This document shows, in pieces, positions 1 through 20,400 of a DNA stretch of 64,000 nt. Each line of letters starts with the position of its first letter. Within the stretch, counting starts at the first letter, position 1. Position numbers and translations under genes: made by a program. The DNA is from Podarcis vaucheri (taxonomy: Eukaryota). Location: assembly GCA_965113315.1 (NCBI GenBank), contig OZ220370.1; one strand, given 5' to 3'. The notes under the pieces were generated by a model, which was not told the origin of the DNA, made no database searches, and worked only from the letters and a program-made list of their open reading frames with translations.

Positions 1-110
1 GAGCATGAGACTCTTAATCTCAGGGTTGTTGTTTTGAGCCCCACATTGGGCAAAAGATTCCTGCATTGCAGGCGGTTAGACTAGATGACCCTTGTGGTCC
101 TATGGTTCTG
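1..110 (+). mobile_element. tRNA-Lys(CTT)-headed SINE with CR1-type tail (cut by the window edge)
   Basis: GAGCATGAGACTCTTAATCTCAGGGT...GAGCCCCAC.TTGGGC matches tRNA-Lys-CTT and is followed by a TTCCTGCATTGCAGG..TTAGACTAGATGACC CR1-like tail. Confidence 0.8.
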
Positions 111-793
111 TAGTCAATGGTAAGAGCCACTTCTATGCAGACCATGCATGCAGGAGGGCTTGGATGCAAAGGGAAACTGGATTGCACCCGTTGTTCATTT
201 TAGGGGTCAGGATTATCTCCAGAACAGTACCATCATCTTGTTAGCTGCACCACCGTCAGAAGTGTGGTGAGTGGCAGCCTGGAAGAGGGCATTTTTCTGC
301 GGCAGCCCCTAAATTGTGCAACTCCCTTCATTGCATAGTTTATGCCACTTGCAGAAGTGTTGCACTTCTTTACTCTGTGCCCTATAACAGTTAAGGTTTC
401 TTATTTTGTGGGACCCAAGTCTTGCTGAATTCATATTGCTCTAATCCATTTGGTATAGTTTTATGTGCTTTAGAATTGTAACAGTTGTATTTGTTTTTTA
501 TAATTGTATAATCTTATCTTTGTAACTCATCCTGTGACCTTACAGTGAAGAGTGGGTAAGAAATAAAAAAATAAAGGGCAGGTAGTAGATAATTATATAT
601 ACGCACGCACACACTATCTATCTATCTATATCTAATATGCATATATCATGAAAGTTTTTGCCAAATTGGAACTTGCAGTAAGATGTTTCCAAGTCTTCTG
701 AGATTCCAAGTCTCCTCTAATAATGAAACTGCTTTTTGACATTCAGAAGATGATCATATTTTATTCCCTAATTGAAGAGTTATTTTTAAAAGT

Positions 794-1047
794 CACTGTG
801 GTGTAGTGGTTCAGAGCGGTAGTCTCGTAATCTGGGGAACCGGGTTCGATTCCCCGCTCCTCCACATGCAGCTGCTGGGTGACCTTGGGCCAGTCACACT
901 TCTTTGAAGTCTCTCAGCCCCACTCACCTCACAGAGTGTTTGTTGTGGGGGAGGAAGGGAAAGGAGAATGTTAGCCGCTTTGAGACTCCTGAAGGGGAGT
1001 GAAAGGCGGGATATCAAATCCAAACTCTTCTTCTTCTTCTTCTTCTT
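794..1047 (+). mobile_element. Young tRNA-derived SINE (Squam3-like) with (CTT)n tail
   Basis: A box (TGGTGTAGTGG), B box (GGTTCGATTCC), CORE-like middle and (CTT)n tail; near-identical copy at 62958-63203. Confidence 0.85.
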
Positions 1048-1400
1048 TCCATTATTTTCCAGAGTTGAGAGGACATTCTGTCTCCTTCAGGGCTTCCTAA
1101 CCTTGGGAAACCAGAGCCTTTCAGGATCCGTTTTCTAGAGTCATCCTTTCCAATTATTGGTCAAAGGTTTACTAGAGGCAAGGTGGAATTTGACCTTTCT
1201 ACTGCATACAATTGCCCCTAAACAGGGGGAAATTTACTTGTTTCTAGTGCAACTTAGTTGAGATTCCATTTTCCTAAATTTCAATAAGGCCATATTAGCT
1301 AAGCCAGGACTGAAGATCAGTTTATGTATTCATGTCATTTCACTTTGCCAAGTGACTTATTGTTCATGTATATTCAGTGTAATACCTTTTTTCCCCCCAG

Positions 1401-9566
<8,166 letters not shown>

Positions 9567-10382
9567 GTCTTTGGCCTACATTCATTGCACAAATCTGCCA
9601 AATATAAAATACTTCCAAAAAAAAATCCTTGCTGATTGGAAGGACTCAGAGGAGAGCAAATTGCCATTTGCATGCTCTTGATGGCTAGCAAACTGGAATT
9701 CCATAATACAATTGCACAAAACCACTTTTTAAAGTGTTATACCCAAATGTACCAATGATGTGATATTTTCCTTCCTTATTCTGTCAGGGTCCAGAAGAAG
9801 CATACCTTAAAATTGGTGGTAAAATGAGTGTTACCATTACAGTTCATAAGAGTGGCACAGCTAATCTGTTTCTTTTTCTCTTGTCTTATCTGTACTGCAA
9901 AGGGAACACCAGCAATTAGATAAACTTCTGAATGGAAATGTTCTGAGAATAAGAAAGGAGGTGTACGGGACCAAACAATTCTGTTCCAATTTTATAAAAT
10001 GTCCTGTGTCCAAAAATTGAGATAGACTACAGTTGTGATCTTGAGACCCATTTTACATTGATTTAATTATGATAGGAAAGTATTCTTTTAAAAACCAGAC
10101 AATTTATGATAAACTTGATTAAATTGTAGACCTCAGTAGTGGAAGTGAAGAGCATTAATGCACTGTAGAGATACTTTTATGTTAATGTAACTGAAAATTA
10201 GTATATGCAAGTTGATCTCCACCCCCACTTCTGCTATACTTTAATTATAAATTATAAAGGTAACCACAAGTTGAATTGATGCAATCAGGGGGAAAGAGAA
10301 AGTCTCATCATTCTTTCAAGAGGTAGCCTTTCAGAGAGAAATGCCCTGTGAAACATGCCTCAATCTTGTGAGCTTCTTTCAG

Positions 10383-10413
<31 letters not shown>

Positions 10414-11670
10414 AAGTGGTCAGTAGATACATATGCTTCCTATAAAACATTGCTAGTTCAGGGATTCACAAAATTGCACTTCTGCTTTTCTTAAGAAGAT
10501 ACTCTTATGTATCATTAACAAAGTATTTATGGGAAAAAGTGTGAAAAGTTGAGGAGCCCAATATATTTAGTATTAGATTATTGACAGCAAATTATTGATG
10601 GTTAGTTGGCCCAGCTGTTGCATACTATATTCAAGCACCAAGCCAACAGAGCATGCATACAGAACAGGGTTTGCACATGGAAGGGCTGTTTAGAAAAGCC
10701 AAACTCCCACCAATAAGTGGCTGTGTGTGGAAGGGGGAGGGGTTGGTAGGATTTACCATTCCCGCCCCCCGGGCTTTGCATATTCACCCCACTAGATTCA
10801 GCTAGTGGCAAGCGTGGAGGAGTCTTCTTCCACCTGCATATTGTCCTTAGTTATATTTGGAAGTAATAGTAGTTAACATAACCTCTGACATATCAAGCAA
10901 TAATGTGCCGTTGGCATTGTTAGAATTTGCCAATTTTACTTTAAAAAAATTCTGCACAACAAACTTTTTCTGTGAAAATTATGATCAACATCATTGTCAT
11001 ATCAGACAAATCGTATGGATTTAGTTCTTAATGGTTACATTTGTTGCATCGGGAGTTTTGAATTCTGCTCCTACAATATTTTTTGTAAAACGGTGCAATT
11101 ATGTTGCCTTTTCCCTTATCATTTATGCACCCCTAACTATGAAATTTTCTAAGGGTTCTATGTAGAAAATAAATTATGAGATTGTGATTTTTCCTGTATG
11201 TTAGAATGGGTAATGCAATTACATTTATGTAATAATGCAACACATCAGTAAATTATTCTGATATTGATTGGATGTTTATTAACAAATGGAACAATTCATT
11301 GTAACAACATTTGTATAGTGAGGAAACAAAAAAACACTTAACTTTATGAGCCAGTTCATGAAAAACGATTATGTATTTTAAAAAGAATGCCCTCAGTATC
11401 TACAAATCTACAACTTTCTTTGTGATAAGTCTTTTACCTCAAATCTTTGATGTAATTAAGCTGTTTTGGCAAATAGGAACTTGACACTGACATACTTTTT
11501 TTATTAAAAGTAATACAGTACACTACAAAAATTAATTATTTTTATAAAGTATGTTTTTAATTTTGTTTAACAGGATTGATTTTAAATTAAATTCACCTAA
11601 ATTATAGCAGCTTATCTTTTTTTAAAAAAGAAAAGAAAAACCCTGATAGGTTCCCGAGCTGCTTTCTTAA

Positions 11671-11874
11671 GCCAGTATGACATAGGGGTTAGAGTGCCAA
11701 GGAGAGCAGGGTGCAAATCCCCACTTGGGATTCATGCTCCCTGGGGGTCCTTAGGCCAGGCACTGCCTCTCAGCCTAAGCTACCTCACAGGGTGGTTGTG
11801 GGGATGGGGGAGAGCTATGTGTGCCACCTTGGGCTGAAAAGGGCGGCCTATAAATGCAATAAATAAATAAATAA
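11671..11874 (+). mobile_element. Older Squam3/CORE-like SINE
   Basis: GCCAGT..GGTTAGAGTG head, CTCTCAGCCTAAGCTACCTCACAGGG core, (TAAA)n tail. Confidence 0.65.
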
Positions 11875-12452
11875 TTTTGAACATCACTTTAGAACTCTAG
11901 AGGATTATAAGAATCACTATTCTGTTGGCGTTTCATTTTGCATTCTTCTAAACATTTTTTTCAGCAGTCCATATAGGCTATAACTTGCAGATGGTCAGGG
12001 CTTACTTAATTTCTCCCCCTTAGAATATTAATTACTTTTCATAAATTATTTTCTCGGTCCTGTTTCCGTATCAGTGAGCAAGTGAACCCTTCTAAGATAC
12101 GCTCTGAACTGTTTCCCCTTACCAATTAACGATAAGAAAACACTAACGACTACTTTGCTCCATGTGGATGAGGCGTCTTGTGATATTATGAATGTTTTGT
12201 TATTAATTTGTATACTTTGCAGCAGTTCTTGGGCTACAGTCCCAGGACTGCAGCAGTATTTGTGGATATTCCCTGCTCCAGTACTTTGCCAAATAGATCA
12301 GAGACTGAACTGTACCATGAATTGAATAGTATCACTGCTATGTGTGTGTGTGTGGATCTCAGGATTCTCTCCCCTCCACTTCCTTCCACATGTGTGAGCT
12401 GCATTGGTAGGTGTTGGGGAGTTTGCACCCCACAGCAGCCTCTTGCATGAGT

Positions 12453-12453
<1 letters not shown>

Positions 12454-12493
<40 letters not shown>
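12454..12493. repeat. (TG)n microsatellite
   Basis: About 20 TG units, read directly. Confidence 0.95.
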
Positions 12494-12495
<2 letters not shown>

Positions 12496-15400
12496 TTGTG
12501 GTTTGCTCCTCAGTGGACTGGGAGTGATTAAGAAAATTATGCAGAAACACAGCTGAAAAGAATGGATGCCACCATTTCCTTGTGTTGCTCCTGTTCATTT
12601 CAAAGAGATCCGTGCTGGGAAAGTTCCCAACAGATTGTGCTGTTGGTTATAATTTCTCAGACACTACTTCCATGCAATCTCAGCTCGTTTTTAATGCAAA
12701 CGACACAAAAGCTTAGTTTTGTGCATTGTTTCCCATGTCTTCTTCCACAACCTCATTCTTCATTCAATATTGTACAGCCAATCCCACATCTCCAGTGTAC
12801 AGAAGTGCCGCTGTATATTATGACTGTAGAAATCCTAGTATACTGTTTTCTAAACAAAACAAAACTACGATGCAAACTTTTTACATGTTTTCAACTACTA
12901 CATTTATTGTATTTTCAGCACTTGCTCTACTGTAATCAATCATTTAAGAATGATTTTGATATTTTAATGGAAACAGTTATGTAACATTTCTGATTAAAAC
13001 TGTATTGCAAACCTTGCCCATCTGTTTTGTTGAAGCTACATTGTGTGGTAACTTTTCATTCTTAAATTTTGGTTTGGTTTTCCTATCATGCTGTGTACAC
13101 AAGCTCAAATATTTTTAATATTTTATTACTTTTGCATAATTAAACTTCCTAAAGTATAATCATTGTGTAGTGGATACTGTTTACAAAAACAAACCATGGT
13201 TTAACATCTGTGGAAATCTAAGCATAACTCATTATTCCTCAGTTCAGCAGTGGTGCTTATTTATATTACAGTCTATTTGTTAAATGTCATATTTTGCTAG
13301 ATGTATGTCAATTCGTAACCACAGCCCTTTCCTCAAAAATGTCTGATATGAAAGTTCAAAAAATAACAAATTGTTGGAGCAGAGTGTTTAATAGCTTTGA
13401 CATTGACAATTTGTATTTCCAGAGCACTCCAGGGCACTCTTCCCCATACAAGTTTCCTGGATTAAATCAACTTTTACCCAGACTTCTTGAAAGTGGCCAC
13501 TTATTTGCCTCTGAATCTTATTGAAGTAGGCTATAGCATTATGGTGATTGGTAGTAGCACTTCATATTCCTATGAAATTATATCAGAACATCTTGCATAT
13601 ATATCCTATTAGATGAGGTAGTGAACCCTGATCCAAAAAGTCCCCACTTAACAACTCCCTACTACTTTGGAAGATGCTCATTCCTGAAACTTTCTGCTTC
13701 CACTGATAACTCCCAAATGTCTCTTACCCCTGGTTTTGCTGCCTCCTTGGCCAGCTATTGATTTTGTTCTAGGCCAGTCATCTGTCTGTGATGAAGAGCA
13801 AGTGAAATACTGTCAAGGATAAAACAGCCTTAGAAAAAATTTGTTTCCTTGCGGAGAACACACAGGCGTGGGAAAATCTCAGGATAACGGTGCTACAACC
13901 AGTTACTAGAAATTGGAGAGAGATGCAGGGATGATCTTTCTCTACTCTCCCCCCTTAATTTCAGAAGTACAGTAGACAGACTCCCACACAGCTCAAGGGA
14001 AAGAGACACAGCTTTGCTTCCTGCTAATCAAGCAGCACTATGTGCAGTTTCAGCAGAGACCAATATCCACGGGGTTGTTCCTATGTCTTATTTATACCAT
14101 CTATTTGCAGTCTCTCTTTCCCTCTGTCCGTGTGTGTGTGAGAGAGGGAGATAGTAAGTGTATGAAATCAGCTTGAGGCCTATTTTGAGTGTGAAAATGC
14201 ACACAACCTTTCACATGAGTAACAAACGACATACATTACAAGGTGTGATATTATCAGTTCCTATTTCTCTGATTTTAAATATGTTTTGTGACCTGGCTCT
14301 ACTGTGTTTTAATGAGCAATTTATGCATTTTCCTCAATTAGTCCATTTTCTACCCGTCAGCCTCTTCTGACTTGCCAATTATGTCTCCTTACTGATTTGT
14401 TTGCATATCCTGATAATCAACATAAGGCATTTTAATTTTTTTGGGGTGTACATAAACTGGCGTGAAGCCCAGATACCCAAGCTTAATAGTTTTTGCTGTT
14501 TTTGAAATGACTAGTGAATTTAAGAAGTATTACCTCAAAACCACAGACTTGCAAGTACAGTTAATTTTGAGCAGGGCAACTGGACTGTGGCCACAGTTAG
14601 CATGTTCCAAAAATTCTAAGGTTGGCATCCCACTGAGTCACTGATCTCAGTCAACTATTTCAGAGAAGTAGGAACTTTTCATAAAACACCACCTTTACAA
14701 AGTACTCTGTCCAGATATCAATGAGTCTGCTCTCAGTATGACTTGGATACTACCCCAGATGCTTAGAAAGTTAAGGTAGTTTTAATCTGTTTTAGCATTT
14801 TAACTTTGTATGTTTGAATTTTTTTCTTGATTTTATTGTTTACCCTTTTGTAAACCACTTTGAGGGGGTTTTATGATCAAGCAGTGTATAAATTTTATGA
14901 AATAATAGATCTCTACGCCCTCCCATTTAAATGGTGCAATGATCATGTTGCTTTTCTATTCATTGGCACTCCTTTCAGAAGCAAGACACAAGTATTATAC
15001 TTCTCAAAGACTTCTAAGTGTCTACTGAGCTGTTCTACAGAGTTTGGTGACAATACCAATAAAGCATTTCAGGGATGCAAAACATTACAGTGGAGGCAGC
15101 TTCAAACACAGTATCATAGGAGCAGTTTCATGGGGCCTGTTGTGCTTCTTTAGGAGAACATGTTAAATAAGGATAATACCACTTATTTCAGTCTTTTTTA
15201 TATAAGCTATTCATGCAACCCTTCTCAAAATGGCCCAATTTCATCCCAGGCCAAAAGCTTTTCAATCAGTGATGGTGATAAATAAGGGCTTAGCAAAAGT
15301 TTGAAACTTCTGTCACCACATACAATTCCTTCCCACTGAAACAGGGAATGTTGAGGGCTGAAGGCAGTTTACAAGAGCTGGGCAGAAGGTCAGCACAGGA

Positions 15401-16381
15401 ACTGCAGGAAGACCAAGGAGAAGGCACCAGAAGGCATACCAGGAATACCAGATAATTGCAAAGGCCCAACTGATATACTGGCTAGCCTTTCAGATGCTCT
15501 TTCAACATAGCTAGTAGTGGGCTTTTTCCAGGATGTGTTCTAACTGGGGTTGACTTAACAGTCTGTCATTTTAATCGTGGCCTCACCTGCTCTTGCACCT
15601 GTAGCAGGAGCTTGGGGTGCAAGAATTAGCAAGTGAAGTTTTCATTGGTATAGAGAGAAACATGATCACTTGCTAATTGGTGCAGATCAAAGGGGTTGTT
15701 CAGGCTGAGTTAAAGGTTCCAGTTCAAAAGGCGACAAATGGTACAGTAGCTCTCTGGATTAGTCTGTTTTAGATATTTTTGGCCTGGCCTGTTTGTTTTA
15801 GATATTAAAGCATTAACATTCCCTTTGATTTAAAGCCTGTTTTGTTAGGGTGATCATTAACAGCCATCACCTGCTTGGCACACATTTAACATTAGGTCCA
15901 AGCTGGAAAAAGTTTCAGCTGCTAAATCTTCAGAACTTGTGCCAGATCTCAGCAGTAATGCCTGTTTTCAGTGCCAGAGGCTGAACAATGGAATAGAGAT
16001 GGAGTAGGGAATCTGTGGTTCTTCTGCTGCTGTTCTATAACCACTCCCACCATGCCTGACCACTGGACATGCTGGCGTTGGCTTGGGGCAGTTTGGGAGT
16101 CCAATTACATCTGAAGTGCTTGCCCACTCCTGGAATGTATAGATTAAAGTGCACCTGCAAAAAGCATTTTCTATACCAATAACTATGGAGAATCCCTATC
16201 CTCATCAAGGATTGAGGAAAGAACTTCCTAGTCAAAGAGGATGTGTCCATAAATGCTCAAGTCCCAAGTCTTTGATGTGTTACTTTATTGGGAGGGGGCA
16301 AGACTTAAGGCTGCAATTGATCCTGTTCATCTGGGAGTAAGCAACATTGACATCAATGGGGCTTCTAAGTAGACAATTGTG

Positions 16382-16623
16382 CAGTGGTGCCTCGGGTTAC
16401 ATACGCTTCAGGTTACATACGCTTCAAGTTACAGACTCCGCTAACCCAGAAATAGTACCTCAGGTTAAGAACTTTGCTTCAGGATGAGAACAGAAATCGT
16501 CCTCTGGCGGCGCGGCAGCAGCGGGAGGCCCCATTAGCCAAAGTGGTGCTTCAGGTTAAGAACAGCTTAAGGTTAAGTATGGACCTCTGGAACGAATTAA
16601 GTACTTAACCCGAGGTACCACTG
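16382..16623. mobile_element. Tc1/mariner-pogo (Tigger-like) MITE
   Basis: TIRs CAGTGGTGCCTCGGGTT / AACCCGAGGTACCACTG with TA on the right flank; inverted copy at 45403-45628. Confidence 0.8.
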
Positions 16624-16869
16624 TACTGTAACACATTTATTGTGGTATAAACTCGTAAGTCCACAAAAGTTTATGCCATAATAAACCTGAGAAACAGTAT
16701 CCATTTTTGGGGTGTGTTTGGGAGAAAGTTAGCATTGCAGTGCGCCTGTGCATGCTATTAAAGAAACAGGTTTGTTTGTTTTTCTGAGTTCAATCGCAAA
16801 CCCCATTAAAGCACATTGGAGGCACCGAAGAATTCTGGGCCCTGTAGTTCATCTTCCAGCAACCCTTAA

Positions 16870-17480
16870 GAAACTACCGCGCCCAGAATTCTTTGAGGCA
16901 GGGCGGGAAATGCGTGAAAAAGGCATAGTTGCGCAGCTAGGCTCGGTGCTCCAGGATAAGCGCAAACACCGCGCGATCACCCCATTGGAGTTGCATCGCA
17001 GCGCGACCCTAACTCAGCCAGGATTCCGGCCAGCCTCTTTCCGCCTTGTGGGGCTCTAACTTGTGGGGCCGCCCCTTCCTCTCTAGCTCTTCCCTGTTCT
17101 TCGAGCCTCCTCGGCATTTGCTTCCCCCTCCAACCTCCTCCCCTCGGATGCGGCCGCCCACAAGCGCCGCGCGGCCCAATCGGCGTCCCGTAGGGATCCC
17201 CAGGGGTCGGCGGAAAGCGGATTCCCGCAGAACTCCCGCCGGAGGCTCCCTGTCGCGATGGGCCGAGGGAGGGTGTTGGGTCTGGCCGCGAGCGACGTCC
17301 GCTTCCCCACGTCCCTGGCCCGCCATGGCTCAGACGCGATGGTAAGCGCCGGATCTCCGGCGGCTCCAGCCGGGCAGATCTCCTCGGGCGCCCACGCTAG
17401 ATCTCGCCGATTGGGCTCGCCTGCCTCTCTTGCTTTCCTCCCTCGGGCGTTTTCCCAAGCTCAACGGAGCTGCGGAAGTT
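16870..17480 (+). promoter_or_regulatory. CpG island / ENOSF1 promoter and exon 1
   Basis: Sharp rise in GC and CpG around ATG 17258; GC box (CCGCCCC ~17069) and CCAAT (~17176). Confidence 0.8.
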
Positions 17481-20400
17481 GCACCTCCTAGTTTTCAATG
17501 AGTTAGGATGCTAGTCGATCACTTTAGACGTGTTCCTGCTTTCTGCTCTTGGATTTGTCGTGATTTAGACGCCACGCTGCTTGTCCCTTTACGCAGCTAG
17601 GTTTGGCTAGGCAAATAGCTTCATGACAGGTATTATCAGCCCCGTACAAGCTTGTGTGAGGCCCCGCGTGGGAATCTTGCTGGAATAAAGTTATAAACTC
17701 AAACCAAAAAGCATCCAGTGTCATGGGCGTAACCAGGTTTTGGGGGGAGGGCAGGACTTTTGTTGGGTGGGCAGAACCGAAGTGATTGGTCAGTTAAGTA
17801 TTTCTATTGTTTTACCTGACCTGGGGGAGAGGGGCAGCTGCCCCCTGCCCCCCTTGTCCAGTGCTGTGGTTACCAGCTTATCCCTCTGAGGTTGGGGCAA
17901 GTGTACCTGACTGCCCCCACCTCTTCACCTAAAATTCTATAACGCCCTTCATCTGAGGATCACATGATGGTTTACAATATAAAAACCCCAAAATACATAC
18001 CATAGTAACAAACACAAACAATAACCGCCATACCCACAGGGGAGAAACTACATCATGTTCTATATGGAACTACACTGTTCCTTTTTATTGTTAGTAAATT
18101 TATAGGGAAATTTCTTAATGAAGAAAAAGTTGCTGCTTCCTGTTTGAAGGCTTTCACTGCCCTTTCCTACAACGCTGGTGGTAAAGAGATACACTACACC
18201 TCTTGATTTAAAACAAAACAACAACAACCCTTATTCAGAAAAAATTGTACTTGGTGAAGATGTCTATGTAAGAAGCCAGATGTAGATGCGTGTGTGTGTG
18301 TGTGTGTGTGTGTGTTGCTGGCATCAATATTGGTTGTTTTTGCTCTTCCATTTAGCACCCCGACCCAGATTATTCTGCAGTTTATGTTGTAATAGAAACA
18401 GATGCTCCTGACGGGCTCAAAGGTTATGGCTTAACATTTACGCTGGGCAAAGGGACAGAAGTGGGTAAGTTATCATGTTGCCTCCAATTTAAATTAATCA
18501 TCTGTTGTGAGAATGACAATTCCTCATTGGAAAGGGCCTCCAAGAGGAAATCTAAGTTCAGGAGCTTTCTTGATCTTTGTACTAATAAGTCATGTATTGC
18601 AACTGCTCCGCTGCAAAGCCATAGAGCACTGAAGCCTTTTGGCCAAGGGTTAGAGAATTTTCATTACTTCTGTTAGTGTTAATACTACTTCAGTATTGAG
18701 GGTACCTACAAAACTCTTGCCATTTCCTGCTGCCTTAGGCATGGCATTTAATGGCAAGCTGTCCTTGCAGCTCTCAACTGCAGGTTACCAAAGTGTTGCT
18801 TTAAGCAGCCTCCATTTTTTCAGCAATCATGATGATATTTTAAAAGCTTCTTTCCCTGAACATCAGCATACATGCTAATGCAAGCACTCAGCAGGGTCGG
18901 TAGCACTGATGTGAAGTTGTTGCATTCCTTTGGACTAAACCATAGAGTTAAGAAGCTTTTAAACATAAATCCCATATTATGAAGGGCTGCCATTAGTGGA
19001 CTCTATCACCACCTGCTGGCTACTTCCAGAGGGGCTGCCATATTTGTTGAAGCTTGTGGTATCTTAAAAACCAACCAGGTGTCAGGGCTGGGGAACCTGT
19101 AGGCCTTTTTTTGAATAATTTCAGTCACCAGGTGAAAATAACAGCCCCTATGGGTGTAAGAGCCTTCTGGTTCTGCAGATAAAATTTATCTGATGAATAA
19201 ATATTTTCAAATTGTGTTTTCGTGTGGTCTTGACTTTAAATCAGTAAATATAGACCTTGATGCCTTTCTGCTGCATCTGGAACCTAATATTTATTGTAAA
19301 ACAGGGATAGGAAACTGTGGCCCTTCATAGGTTATTTGACTCCAGTTCCCATCAGCTCTAGCCAGCATGTTACCTCACCTCACACGTGTCTGTTTCAGAA
19401 TAACTGGACGCAAACTGCCCCATCTCTTCCCACATTTAATGTTCTCTCACGTTTCGATCTTGCCACATGCACTTTACAGACCTGTAGCACATTCCTGGAA
19501 AAACTCCACTTAAATTTCATGCCATTTTCTAATCATACACACACAATGGGCATTTCTGTGGATAATGTGTACTCTCCTGCTCCCCAAAATTTATTCTGAT
19601 CTAGTTATCTGTGTAGATTTGCATGCCATTTAGCAACAGAGTTCAACCTGGATAAATTTTGCTTCTTTTAAAACACATGAAAAATTTCCTATGCTCATCA
19701 TCAGTGGTGTGCTTTACATTTAAGGAATAACTGGAAAGCACTCTCAAGCAGCAGGTGAAATTCTATCATTTACCAGGGTGTGTATGTATAAATGGTGGTG
19801 TAAAATGTTGCAAACATGATCAGATTTAAAGCAAAGGTTTTAACACACAACAGTTGCAATGTCAGCTACTATTATCTTCTAGAAACATTTTGGCTACTTC
19901 CTACCCCCCCCCCCCGCATATCTTCTGCCAATGCAAACTGCTGAGCAATTTCCCCATCAATTTGGGTTTCCGCTTAGTATAGTAACATCTTAGCCACCTG
20001 CGGTTCCTTCCGATCCCAGTGCAACAACAACAACAGAATCATAATCCTTTAAAGCCTTTCCACTCCACTGCAGTATCTTGCTGCAGCTATTAACACTAGT
20101 AAATGAGTTGCAAGGCTTGATGTTGATCAAACAGCTGTGATAACCCTAATCGGATTATATGACATACAGTTCTCTTTTGATATCCTTTACTGCTTCTGTT
20201 CACCTCAGCTGAAGTAAGAGGAGTTTGGCTTATGCATCATGCAGATACTTTCTGTATACACACCGAAACCCTACCTTATCCCACTTCTGCTAGGAAGGAA
20301 TTGATGGCATGCAATCCCTTTGGAGTTCTCTTATTTTCTTGCCAAAATTAGGAACTGCTTTACAATATCTGATTAGTTCAATCTACCTTCATCTGTCATT

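Larger units (their letters stand above)
9567..13020 (+). other. Probable long YES1 3' UTR
   Basis: AU-rich sequence after the stop codon with miRNA seed matches and an ATTAAA at 12993-12998; the 3' end is inferred. Confidence 0.5.

Noticed and set aside
811-1023. Duplicated peptide DLISRLSLPFRSLKAAN... (also 62956-63225) as a gene family
   Set aside because: It is an antisense reading of two copies of a tRNA-derived SINE.
17009-17345. Several 75-105 aa ORFs at the ENOSF1 promoter
   Set aside because: CpG-island artefacts, low complexity in R/P/G.
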